From NCBI GenBank assembly GCA_964304625.1, contig OZ199840.1, forward strand, positions 8,767,487 to 8,831,486: a DNA stretch of 64,000 nucleotides. Direction: 5' to 3'. How positions within the stretch are numbered: the first letter of the stretch is position 1; each line of letters begins with the position of its first letter. The notes under the pieces are model-generated. The model had not been told where the DNA came from. It worked only from the letters and a program-made list of their open reading frames with translations, and did no database searches. Below are positions 25,901 through 39,352 of the stretch, piece by piece. Position numbers and translations under genes: made by a program. This DNA is from Kudoa neothunni (taxonomy: Eukaryota > Animalia > Cnidaria).

Positions 25901-28900
25901 TTTTAATTCATATTCGATACTCGTTTGTTTATCATTTATAATGTTAATGTTATAATTTCCACTCGGCACTATTTTGATACTATATGTGGCACCAGAGTAA
26001 AGCCCAATGATGGTGAATGGAGAGCTGCACTCCTTTACGCACAATTTTTTTTCTAAACATATAGCAGGATAATATCCATTCTTAGAATCTTCTTCTTTTA
26101 CGTAAATTGTGCATGTGTTTGATAACGATGTAGAACCAGGAGTGAACGTGAATCCGTCTGCAGTGGAAGTAACTGAGATTTCTCGAGCTGAAAGATCATT
26201 TGATTGAGCTTAGAAAAATAATGTTTATTATTAATGCTTATCAATAATACTTATTTTATGATAGAAATATTTTCTTGGCTTATAATGAGGTATGTTTGTT
26301 ATGGTTACCATGATATCGTTGGGTAAATCAGTTGATGCAGATGTTATTTCCATCTCAGAGAACGTACATGAAGGGGGATTGACGTCTGCCCCCCTACTTT
26401 CGCTGACTAATGGAACATACGTATTCCAAATCTTCAATGAGCATGTGGCTGCAGATGATAATCCCGAGATAGATTGACCATCTTCATCTTTATTGTTAGC
26501 ACTAATGTTAATTTTGATCTTTTGCAGGTTAGTTTTTGCAGAAGTATCATTTCCGTGTTTAACTAAATTAACTTATTATTTTAAAATATTTATATTATTA
26601 CGTAAATAAATATTATTTTGGTAACCAATGATAGGAATCATCCCATATTTAAGGACACGTATTTTGACTGCTTTTACGCTTGTTGGTATATTTCCGAAAG
26701 TGATTTCACTGCAAATACTGTAAAGGCAGTTAGCTCTGTTTTCACAAATGTTCGAAAAGAATTGATTTGAGCGTGAGAATGTTGCGTCTATCCATTCAAA
26801 ATGTGCAAATATCAGAAGGACTCTCGTTAGTTAATTTCACGGTGAGCTTTTGATTTTCTTCGTTAACAGCCAATTCGTAGTAGAATCTGTTGAAAACCGG
26901 TGCGTGGGTTTTTACAAATGTGTTATCATAAAAATAATGGAAATCGAAATGTTTAGGACAATCTATGTGATAATCGCCGACAAGTTCACCAAACTGTATA
27001 GAGTAATGTCCAAAAGTACAGGGATTTTCACCACTGGTTGTAATTTCTTGTATACCACTTGCGTTATTTACATCCTTATGCAATTTACATGATTGTTCAC
27101 ATTTATTTGTTCCCAGTTTTATTTTGTCTCCGTCTAACTTTGCTACGTAGCTAATTTCCTCGTAAAAATCTTAGAAAAATTACGCTTACAAATTTTTATA
27201 TTTTTTACCTATATAATATGAAAAGACTATCCCTTTCTTGATCGTTTTAGTAGATTGGGTTTGCGATGGTTGATCTGGATTCGTTTTGGCGTCACGGTCA
27301 CCCTCTTCCGCTCTCTCAGTTGCAATGGCTGAAGGAGTATTGATTGTTACGGTATAATCATAAGTGAAAGAAATATAATTTAATTTCTTCGGAGAATTAA
27401 GGTTAATGGAAAATTCATTAGTAAGTTCGTTGCAGGGTTTTTTTAGTTCGTTTCCAGTTTTATCAGCAGTCTCATAACCATTTAAATTAGGGCATGATCT
27501 TTCGACAATACATTCCTTACCAGATTCGCGTATCAGTTCACCTTTCAATTTAACCTTATACTCACTATTTTGTTCGTCAAATCTTAAAACCATACCATCT
27601 TCGGCTTCTACTTTATTTACTAAAAATAATAAATTAAAATCTAGCATATAACAACCATAACTTTTCATATCTTTCTCGATGGGTTGAGCATGATTTTGAT
27701 TTATTACAACTATTTTATAAGGGACGCCAATGGTAAGTTTAGCCCATTGAATGTCTAACACATTTCCCGTAGATTTGTCTACATTGTTTTGACAAGCACC
27801 ATCCAAGCAATCAATGATTATTTTGTTGGACGCTGTTTCAACAATAAAATAAGCCCATGAATTTCCCAAAGTTTCGGCGTTCCCTGCGGTCATAGTAAAC
27901 GTAACCTTTTGTTCCGGGACATTAATTTTTGGAGCAACGGTGAATGTCGCACCGTTAGCTATTTGGAGATAAATATATAATTTGAAATATGGTATTACTT
28001 GTCGCTCGTTGACTTTCTACGCATGTATATCCCTTTGTACACAAGGTTATTTTATATGGTGTTTTTGGGTCGAGGTTAACAATATTGAAAGTACTAGTAC
28101 AAGAATCAAAGCAAAATTTTCTTTGATTATTTATTTCGCAAGTAGCAGGGTATTTGGAGGATAGATCCCCCACTACCGAGTAGTAAAGATTGCACTTTGC
28201 GTCGGAATTAATCTCGCCTGAGATAAAAGTAGCTGGAGTTAGATTTAATTTTGTTGGTTGGTTTATAACAGCTTCTGGAGTAAGTTGATTATTACCGGAA
28301 AACTTAGTTCCTATTTTACAGTTAGAAGGTAATTACTTTATATGAATACCTTCGGTTATGAAATAAATATATCTGTGATAATATTCAACTTCAGGTGAAT
28401 CTAAGGTAGTAAGTTTAGTTATCTTAATTTTTAAAACATATTCTGTTAATGGTTTCAGATCTTTAATTGCGATTTCACTAAAACTCTTGCATTCACTCGA
28501 TGATGCACATTTTGGATCCGCGCCATCAGCTTCGACTCCAAGATATTTTTCTACAATTTTCATTTCGCCTATTGCAGCACCACTTACTAGGTTAGCGTCC
28601 TCATTTTTATTCAAATTGGATAAATTAAAAATGGCTTGATTATTACTATCAATAGTTACACTAGGTTGATTTGTGCCAACTAAACTAAAGTCAAATTTAT
28701 TTTTTGGGGTAAAATATTACATGTCACGAGTTGAATAAATTCCTTATGGGTTGTCGTTCCTTGAGACACAACAATGACTTGAGCAAACTTCAAATCAGAA
28801 TCATGATAGAGAGTAGCTTTATAGCAAGGTTGGAGACAAGGCCCAGCTTTGTTCATATCTGAACAGTGAGAGGAAAAATGAGACTCGTTTATTTCTTTTA

Positions 28901-29753
28901 TTCCAAAGTAACAAATTTTAGATGGTTCTGGATTTTGAAGTTTTATCGTATAAAAATTTCTCTCGTTAAGAGTTTCTTTCGATCCAGTTGCGATAAACCA
29001 ATCTTGATTAGGTTTTTTTGGATTCAGAAATATTTGGGGAGATCGGTTGGTAAACTCAACAAAGGATGTTGTTTCATACGATAGTGAACTTAGTTTAAGA
29101 GTTTTTGTATCGGATTTATTATTATCTTTTTCTACGATAGTTTTGGTTGTGCCATCAACAATAGACTTGAACCCATCATTTACTTTTCTTTTAACGGATA
29201 TATTAAATTCATTATTTTTCTTTTCTACTGTGATATTACTTTTTATAAAAATATCTACAGAAATAATTTTACAACAATTATTAAAAGGCATAAATACCTC
29301 TGAGCGGGTATACTCTTTTGTTAATACATCTTTTTACATCTGTATCATTCTTTCCTTGGCACCATCTTACAAACTTTATTTTCTCCATTTCAGTTCTGTT
29401 CTGTTTATACTAAAGTTGAGTTTGTTGCATTCAAGGAGACACAAATTTGAATCTTGATCTACAGTTGACCCTGTTGTAACAGTGTTACATGATGAAAATG
29501 GCTTTAGTGCCAGTAGCTCACTATCGTAATACTGAAGAGCACATTTCCTGTGAGTATTTTCGATATTGTAACCAGAGATGAAAATTTTGTATTTTCTTTC
29601 ACTACTTATATAAGTTAACTTTAATGTATTGTTGTCAATATTATTTTTAACATTGTCATCAGGAATCACTAAAAATAAATAATAGTGGAATTTTGCGCAT
29701 AAGCTACCTCTATAAATAAATATAAATTTTATAAAAACATATATCAGTATCAT
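22928..29753 (-). CDS. Large (~1,900 aa) type-I membrane protein with ~18 Cys-containing FN3-like domains in three super-repeats; two frame lesions (possible pseudogene)
   Basis: Hydrophobic leader MILIYVFIKFIFIYR. About 20 exons joined by short GT-AG introns, phase 1 throughout the ectodomain, with recurring I..L..G/P..Y.I.V FN3 strand motifs. TM segment IIYALIPIVASIFAVVGITVY, tail SRRSKDIAYDL* (TAA 22928-22930). Lesions: 5-bp duplication at 29396-29405 and +1 T at 26798-26801. Confidence 0.85.
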
Positions 29754-31364
29754 AATATGTTTATGAATGGTTTTAGTCGTTAGACGAGAAATTATACCAA
29801 CTTACAACTTTAATACTCAATTGTTATCATTAAAATGTGATAAATAAATCCTATTAAGTACCTTAATCATGGGTAATAATTAATTTCAACAATATCGATA
29901 TATTTAGTTTCTTAATTGTATTTCTGATACAATAATTGACTAATAGCTTTTTTTCAATAATCAATATTTTATAAAACAGAATTGAAATTTTATATATAAA
30001 TTTGTTTTTTGTGGTAACAAATTAAAGTACAATTCCCTACAAGTTGTATTCGGAAGATTTAATAAACACTCATTCAGTTAATAAATCCAAACCAGCACCT
30101 TCCATTAGACTTATATGATTTAAAAGATATCTAACAAGTTTATTTTCTATTAAAATATGTCGAATTAAAATAAATAAGGAAGCTTAGAGTTTTCGATTTA
30201 CAAAGTTTTGAATTCACCAATCAGAAACTGTAAATAAGATTAAGGTATCCCGTTAATAAAATATCATGGTAGAAATAAAATGTACCGATTTAGTTGAATT
30301 TTAAACATTATATTATTTAATTTTTCTTAATCTAATCTATCTATCTTTTCCTCATACAGTGACTTCCTAGAGTATTTGAGTTTCTTAATATACTTTAAAA
30401 AATACAAAATTAACTACAAAAATATAAGGGGGTTTTCTGCTTTCTTATAAAGTGGTGAATTTGTAGTGTCAACTTTTTGAAAACAGATTAGTGCTGACAA
30501 TAATAAGATTACTTTATCATGTGATTCGCTATAATGTTCAATAATATGCGTATATAACTTTAATTTTTATTATTTAAATACACCTGAAACTTTAACTTTA
30601 CTCTTTTCACACTTTAAACTAAGTTAGCAAGTTCTACAACATTTGTTCGTGCGTAGGCGGAGTTTCGGTGTAAACGAAGATTAATATGCGTGAATAAATT
30701 TTTTACTTAGCACGTTTATTTAAAGTTAATATGTTTTAAATATTTTTTAAATAAACATAAAATTATGTTATATCGTAATAATTAAATAAAACATTGATAA
30801 CAAACTTTTAGATTAGTTAGTTAATCGACGGGTTAGTTAGGTGATTAATACACCACATACGCCACATGAGTTATAAGAACTTATGATTTCTAAATAAAAA
30901 TAAAGTGAAGATGGCCAGGTTATTGCTGTTTATTTCGATCAACACTTTAGTCAAACGAACTAGAAAATAATTATAATTGACTCTTAACATAAAATGACCT
31001 TGACCTATTCTAGGCTTAAGTCGGCGGGGTTTTTGCGCTAGTATACAGATAACTATGTGATTATTATACGCGCGAGCTAATAAATACGTAAAACTAGACG
31101 TTACCAATTTAACACAAATTTTTCCGTGATTACGTAAAACCGTTCACTGACTGTATTTTATATTTATTAGTCCATTAAATAAAAATACCCATTTATTTCC
31201 TTCCTATTCATAAATAAATTGTAAAATTTAAATATTTAAAAATTTAAAATCTATCCCCTATATTTTTTTAAAAAATTAAATGACTTACAATATCAAATCT
31301 AATAATCCGTATCAAATGTTGATTCTAGTTGTATCGCGTGTGTATATTTTTAAGTATATTTAAG

Positions 31365-31373
31365 TGCGCATGC
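31365..31373. promoter_or_regulatory. NRF1-like motif upstream of EAPP
   Basis: TGCGCATGC about 210 bp upstream of the ATG. Confidence 0.5.
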
Positions 31374-31580
31374 TTCGGATGGGTAATAATTTTTGTAAAA
31401 AAGTAAAAATTCCCCATTTATCAAAATTCGATATTTATATCATAATAGCTGTGGTTCCGATTAAAAATCTCAAATATCTCCTCTCTTTCCAAGAGAACAA
31501 AAAAAATCAAAAACCCCCAAAATTAAGGGTATTTTTAATGCTCGCGCAGCTTAACAAGTAAGAACGTAATTCGTAGTGGG

Positions 31581-32391
31581 ATGACTAACAAGATAGAAGA
31601 AGAGTGACTTTATATGCGGCTTTATGTTGTTTCAAATAGATCTTATAGATCAAGCTCAGGCGATGACATATCAACCATGAATGAACAACAACAGGATGAC
31701 TACGTTCAGAAGATGATGGAATTTAGATTTAGTTCGTCTGGTAGTTTTTTTACCTGTGTGAGTTAACAATTTAAAGTTTGTTAGATGGTGAAGATTTCGA
31801 AAATAACATTGCATCATCTTCAGATGACATAGACTTTTATTCGGCCAAACTTGACGATAAAGATACCGATTGGATCACTGAGAAACTCAATCAAGGGTTG
31901 AAAGAGAACGAAAAATATCAAGTATCTTTACTATAAATTATAATATGGGCAACGTCATTATTTTATGCATTTAGATGGGTACAAATTCAAAAAGTGACGC
32001 TATTCTTAGTTGTCCAAGTTGTTTCACAGTAGTTTGCATTGATTGCCAAAGGTAATTTTCTTTGGTGGTGGTGTGTTTTTTTGAAAATTTACGCCATTTT
32101 TAAAGACATCACTATGACAAAAATCGCTACAGAGCAATGTTTGTGATGGAATGCGATGTTATAACCAGCGAAATCTATAAATATCAGCCCGCCGATAAGT
32201 CATCAAGTTCAAGCACCGATACAAATAACTTGAAAATTTTTGAGCCAAATCTAAAAAATCTTGTTGCCACTAACGACTTCACTCAAAATGATTATTACGC
32301 TGTGAGGTGCAATAATTGCTTTCAAATGGTTGGAGTTTTGGACAATGAAGAAGTGTATCACTTCTTCAATGTGATTGCTAGTAACCCGTAG
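31581..32391 (+). CDS. EAPP: E2F-associated phosphoprotein, 5 exons
   Basis: DFYSAKLDDKDTDWI, SDAILSCPSCFTVVCIDCQR|HHYDKNRYRAMFVMEC, YYAVRCNNC...VGVLDNEEVYHFFNVIAS; clean splicing with no frameshift. Confidence 0.92.
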
Positions 32392-35300
32392 TAGAGTTTG
32401 ATATTGTTTTATTTGTAGTGTGTTGTTTTTTATAAGAATGGCTCAGTTAAGTGGTACCAATCAATAATAATAATACATAATAATCGGAATAAATAATAAT
32501 ATTAACAATAATAATAAATTTAACGGTTCTGTTCTCTGTATGCGTGCGCGAAACAAACAATCTCTGAGATGCGATTTTTTTCTTTATTGGATAAATGCAT
32601 TTGATTAATTATTGAAAATCGTCATCTAATATCTGAGTGCAATTGGTATGGAAAATACTGAGCGAATTAATAACTATTACGTTAAGTAATCCTCAAGTTA
32701 ACTACAACTTGGTTTAATCAGGTCGTAATTTCTCGTAATATGCATATTTAAATTTTAAATATATTTGAACGACTTTAAAAAAGTTTATTTCATGCAAAAA
32801 TTCTCATAATCAAACAAGAAAATATATATTGATAATAACTTAAATTATATTTTATTGAAAAAATATAATTTTTGAACAGAAATGGAAATAGAAAATTCTA
32901 CATTTTAAATAGGCAGAGACTATTTGCATTACAATTTTTAATTTTGAATGGCATCCACGCTTGCATAATGCATATTTTTAATTTTATACATTCTTATTTA
33001 CAATAGATTTATAAGGCTTATTACTATGAATCTGCTACATTCAATTATTTTTGGATAGTCACAATCTCCCTTATGATTTAAATATAATTAACTAAAGTCA
33101 AAACTACACTCATCCCCATATATTATGTATGATCCGTGTTAACAGCCATTTTCCATTATAATTTATTTAAGAGATTAAGAGGAAAGAGCGACTTAATTTA
33201 AGTCTACTACTTTAAAATGATTAGAGAAAGGTTAGATATTAATAGGGAACAATTGTAATTCTAACAAATTGAAATAATAATTTTATAATTGATTAAATGA
33301 TTAAATGAGTTTATTTCCAGCCAATACACAGTGGCACCACTATGGTTTTCTTGACGACAGCAAGGGATATTCGTCGAACTAATTCGAATAGGATTATTGA
33401 AGATTAATTTGTGTAATAATTGTTCGTTATCTCAGTATTTTGTGGATATATGTTTTTATAGTTTGGTCCAAAAATTTGAAAAAAATTAATATACAAAATC
33501 GTACAAGAAGTTGTAAGTTTGTGTGCCATTAGTATTTTGGTTTCGGAAGATATATTTTTTAATTTTATAAATTCTTGATTACTGAATTCCATAGTAAGAA
33601 CTTATTTATATATGATTCTATGAGGAATAGAGTGGTATATTGAGATATAAAACACAAAATTACCGTTGTAAGTCACAAGGCTATATATTCAGGTACGAAC
33701 AACTTAACAATTTATCTTGTTGTTTTAATCGCCTTTTTCTCGCATCCGGTCATTTATCAATATCCCTTACCTAATATTACGACTTAAAACATTGTAAGAA
33801 ATGATTTGGAATAAATTTTGCAAAGTTTAAATCTTTTTAATATGTTTCAGTGTTTCAATGTTTGAATACTCGGAAATAATTGCTAATCATAAAGTTAAGA
33901 CATGATGAGATAACTTTGGGACTAAAATACAAATAAATACTTTATATGTTTTTATTGGTACAAATTATTAGAGTAGTTAAATATATTATCGATAGATTTA
34001 ATGTGTTTCTGATTGGCTGTGAATTATAAATTATATTTTATAATGTAGTCTGCTTTTTATGCGACGAAGGTATTTGACGTCGAAGATGAGGGATGATAAT
34101 TTTGAAGTTATTTTGAAATAGACCTCAAATAATTAAACTTTCTAATATAGGAAAATTATATTAATCTTAAAGAAGCTAAGTTATTATTCCATTATCAATA
34201 TTTTATCGATGTTGGGAGGCGACCTTTACTTTATATTTGTGATTGGACAATAAAAATCAAATTGACTATTACTCACTTTAATTTCAAGTTTTCTCTTCCC
34301 ACGAATTATCGCGATATTTTAAATAATAAAACTTAAGAATAAGTGTATCAACCGAGCTAATTCTTTTCTATGAGTCCTTTCAGCCTCGGAACATTCAAAA
34401 ATCCCAAATGGTAATGCTGTGGATTTTCTTAAGGCTGTCTTAATTTGTGAATGTAATAAATATTATTCTGATGATTTAGTTAGTTTAAAAAGAAATCCGA
34501 TGAAGATAGATGACGCTTATATATCATGAAATCACCCAGTTATCTTATCAATTAACTCGCACACAGACAATTAATGTACGGGAAAAATAGAAAGAAATAT
34601 TTGCCGGTATATAATTGTGAGAAATAAAACAATTTTTTAATGAGTAAAAATTCTAATAGTTAACTTTATAAGTTAATATAAAGGAGATGACTGATCAATT
34701 TAAAATATTGTTGATGTATAATAAGAACTTGGAGTTAGTTGCTGGGCACATTAAAGGAAGCCTATGTTATCAAAGATACGCAATCAGAATAGATAAATAT
34801 TGAAAAAGATACGACGTAACTATCAAAAGAATACACTTTCAAAATTATGTTGTTAAAAATTCGTCCAAATATTCGACACAAAAGTTTTTACACATAAATA
34901 TTTGAAAATATATTCTATAGGATTAGTGGTCAAATTCCTGTGGATATTTTTAACGACCGAATTTATTAGAGTTTCATCCACTCCTCTTTTTGTTATTACT
35001 TCATTAAATTCACTCATATATAAAAATGTAATTTAGGAATTACCTCAACACACTATGAGATTGTATATGCAAGGTTTTGTCCATGAAATTTCAGACGAGC
35101 TACACCAAATGTTGAATCCTGTGTGCCAAAGTGCTCCCCATTTGGTAGATCTATTTTATATCCCTTTTCTAATGTTAAATAGTGTCCAATGATACAATCG
35201 ATTTATCACAACTTTACAAGGTCGCTAGACAAGGGTTTAGACCCAGACGTTGATTGTGAAAACAATAGAATCTGTTCAAATGGTCATAGAGGTAACAACA

Positions 35301-37135
35301 ATATAATTAATATTATTTCATTTTCGGTCGCAAGTTTATGCACCTGGCGATGATACATGCCAATTCTGTCTAGTAAATTCTATTTGGAGTAAACGTCATC
35401 GTTGATTAATCTATAGAGTTTTGTCAAGACTGCACAGGATGAAAAGGAGCGTTTGCATCTATTGTTCATGGATGCTAATTTCCAACAATACGCCTGTTCC
35501 ACAATAGAACAAGAGGAAAAACAATATGTACCATGGTTATTTCAGTTGTTTACTGTTAATCATATTTAGTGCAGAGATCTCTTTCATTTGTGTGGGATTC
35601 TTGTGAAGGCATTAAAATATGGCAGATCCGGCCCTGGAGTAGATCCACAGACTCAGTGCACACTAAATAAGCTTTGTCCCCATCAAAACGCACTGCCTCC
35701 TTTCAACTAAAACGAGAAATCGTTGTCTTTAACAATTTTAGTAATTTCGCACATTATGATAAAAAAATTTCAATATATTTTATGCCTAATTTCTCATCCT
35801 AATAGATAATCTATTTTTCGGAGATTTTTAAAATATTAAAAACCTAGCCGATTCGTGAAAAGAAATTTTTTTGATACCTCGAATAGATTATTTTTTCTTA
35901 CTGTGGACTTACGTTTATCACTAATTCTAATGTGTATATCGTTGCAGAAAACTTAAGTAAGAATGTCATAGCCATTTTTGATCTACAATACTCATACATA
36001 ATTTTTTGCTAGCATGAACAATAAAAAAAATACTACAAAATTTTTATTGTTCAAGCATTTCAAAATTAACCTTATTTTATTTTTTCGTATTGTTATTAAT
36101 TATTAATATCATAAAAAGGAGGAATTATTTGACCATCAATCTTCAAAATTGAAGATTTTTGGTAACGCTCAAATTTACTTTGTGCTATATTATATCGTAC
36201 ACTATATTTTTACCAAAATTAGAGGATTATTTACAATCAATGAATAACATTTTTAAATTAATAAAAGAATATATCTCCTTACATTTATACTAAAAAATTA
36301 TAATAAAAATTAGCTAAATTAAGAAGAAAAGAATTATTCTCTTTTATTTTACACAATTTAATTTATATTTAAAAAAATACTGTCTGATTATTTAAATTTA
36401 ATATTTTAACTCATAAAATAATTTTTCCCCAAAATATAGCACTGATACATTTATGATTTCGTGCACATTTAATTTCGACCGTTTATATATTTTCCTAACT
36501 AAAGTTTATAAATAAAAATTTATGTTATTAAAAAATAGATTTTTAGTAAATTCTTGATCTAAGTTAAAAAATTGTCAACATGATGAATAATTTTTGAGTT
36601 TTATTTTACAGTTTGAGGAAAATAACGTGTTACACTCTATTTTTTAGTCGCTTATGTTGAGTTCTAGTAAGAATCTAAACATATAATAATTAATATATTA
36701 TCATATTTTAGACATTATTCAGTGTTTAAATTACCTCAAAAATTTTCATAGTTTGGTTTAAAAAACATATTGACCTCGTAAATGATTATTAATTCAGCGT
36801 GATTAAATTTTTAATCAAATATCATTATGTGTATTAATGTGAAAAAACTCATGTGGGGTTTTTAATTTAATGTATGCAGAAAATTATTATAAACTTATGA
36901 GGAAAATATGGGAAAATTCTGCCCAAGTAACGTTGAGAAAACAATCAATTACTTCATAATTAATCTTCGGTAATCCTCTTCGGCAAGATTAAACAGATAT
37001 CGCGATCAATCGTTTTTATAACGTACAATATGTTTAGTCTTATTTGTAATAATGTACAATAACATGTTAGTACAAAATAAAAGACAAAATATTTTCAATG
37101 GTCCCTAATAAATTTGGTTTTTAATAGCTAACAAT

Positions 37136-39249
37136 TTAGACATTTATTTGACGAATGGGCGCGACAATAGAAACTTCCACATTTTGAGCATTTGGATGAG
37201 GTTTTCTTATCGTTTTCACAAAGACAATGTTCATATCTTCGTTTAGAAGTATTTTAATCTGCAAAGTTGTATGAGATCTTTTTAAACATTTTTTCATTTG
37301 GGAATTTCTTTCCAAAAGAGGTTTATACAACTCTCCAGCCATTTCTTTCAGAAAATCACGTCTCATTTTTGTGAAATCGTCAAATATGTGTTTATACAGA
37401 CAAAATGAATTTATCAAAGTCAAATCCAACATATTGTAAAAGACCGCCATGGGCCAGCGTCGATTAAATCTGCGGACCGAGGCGGAAGCTGGCATCCGAT
37501 CCATGATATCTACTCCTCCTTTAGAACCATTATAATTCATTATTGTTTCAGGCTTTAATTTATGTGTATCGTTGGTTATGTTGGTGTTGGTTGTTCCTGA
37601 GGATAGGAGAATCACTGCTCTTCTTTTTTGTTGACATATGAAGTGATCATATATTTATCAAAAAATGTAAACATAGTGCTGAATAAGGATCGATTTCTAG
37701 ACGGGAGAACACACGGTGGTAAATCTCTCTTATTATGTCGAATTGTTCCAAGATATGTCAGACGTTTGTCTAACAGCTTCTCGGCTAATCTAAGGGAAGA
37801 GAAAAAATTATCTGCAACTATAGTTCTTCCTGAGTTATACAAGGGAGCTGTAAAGGAAAGCACAATATTCTCACCAACACCATAGTTTTGGCTAGCTTGA
37901 GTTCCGCTCTTTCCTAGATAGGGAGAAATGTTTACAACATATTTGTGGACTGGATCGACTGCTAGGAAAAACTTTAGGCCATATTTCGCCGGCTTCATCG
38001 GCATATATTGTCTAAATGAGCATCTTCCTCTAAACGAGACTAACTGCTCGTCAACGGTGACATTTTCACCGGGGAAAAAACATATAGGTAGAGTCTGGAT
38101 CCATATGTTGCGAATTGGACAAAATTTATCCAATTCTCTTCTTTCAGATCTGGTGCTTGGATTATCAAAATGAATAATACATCGTAGAATTTGGTGAAAA
38201 CGATTAAATGAAAAGATTTCGCGATACATCTCTCTCCCTTCCTTTATACTAAACATTTCTAAAAGAGGTTGCTCTCTTTCTTTGTAGACAGCCATAAAAA
38301 TTAGTGTTCCGAAAAATCCTCTTAATTCAACGTCGTCTAAATCATTCCATAAATCAGAAAAGTGTAATTTCCCGTGAACGTTTGTTTGTTTGTTTTATTA
38401 TTTCCTGACAAATTTCATTAGTGAAGAATATAAAAAACAGTCCAACACGTTTTCAACGCTTTGTATGCAATAAGCTGTTGGCCCAGGACGAGGATTCATA
38501 ATATTCTCTTTCAGCATTTTTGATGGAGATGGCTTATTCAATGTCCAAAGTGTTCCTCTTTTGCTTGTCGTAGAATCCGCAGGATGTTCGCAACCTGATG
38601 TGTCATCGGATTCTTCACAATATTCAGGAGCGATTCCATCAATGTCGCTACTTAAAGGTTGATATTCATCGCTAAAACCCTCAGATGGCGCCACGATTAT
38701 CCCAATGTGCGCAACTAACGATAAAATTGGTGTATATTTCGCGTTAACTCGCATATACGGTCATAAGGCTTACATTATCTATAGCTTATTTTGTAATGGA
38801 TTATTTATTGCTAGCACACGCGGGTAATATGTTAATTTTGTTTGTTTTTAGCTAATAAAGATTGACCTTACGATATTCATTCAAACGGTGGTTTACGACA
38901 TGTTGCGATAACATATTTAATCGGATTATATTGATTAATAATTGCTGAATTTCTCAGTATTTGTTAGGAAGAATTTTTTAAAAATTTCCTAATCATCTAC
39001 TAATAATTTTCTACATACATAAATCAAAAAAAATCTGGGGTCTTTTTTACCCCCAAAGCCCGTTGGAAGATAAAAATTTTGTTCAATAAGAAATAATCAA
39101 TATTCCACATTAAAATTTTTATAAATCTATTTATTAAAATAATTTAGGAGAATAGACGAAATTTTAAGTATCCCAGATAATTATTAAATATTCTATGAAC
39201 AAATTAAAATTGTTTTGGGGTCTAAAAGACCCCAAGTCCGTTAGAGGAT
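37136..39249 (-). mobile_element. piggyBac element (PGBD4-like transposase, frameshifted)
   Basis: ORFs 38398-38754, 37612-38295 and 37136-37615 contain VDEQLVSFRGRCSFRQYMPMKPAKYG, DNFFSS, GTIRHNK, KGGVDIMD and RRWPMAVFYNMLD. 5' terminus has GGGGTC..GACCCC palindromes near 39037 and 39217. The other terminus was not resolved. Confidence 0.9.
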
Positions 39250-39352
39250 CCAAGAAATTAATTTCATTTATACACTCATCTACTTTCAGTGAAATAATAC
39301 GTTATTTTTTATTTATATTTTAAAGACGTATGTCGTAATTTTATGATGTTAA

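Noticed and set aside
32560-35720. Scattered exon-like or retroelement-like fragments
   Set aside because: No continuous frame or diagnostic RT, RNase H or integrase motif could be supported.
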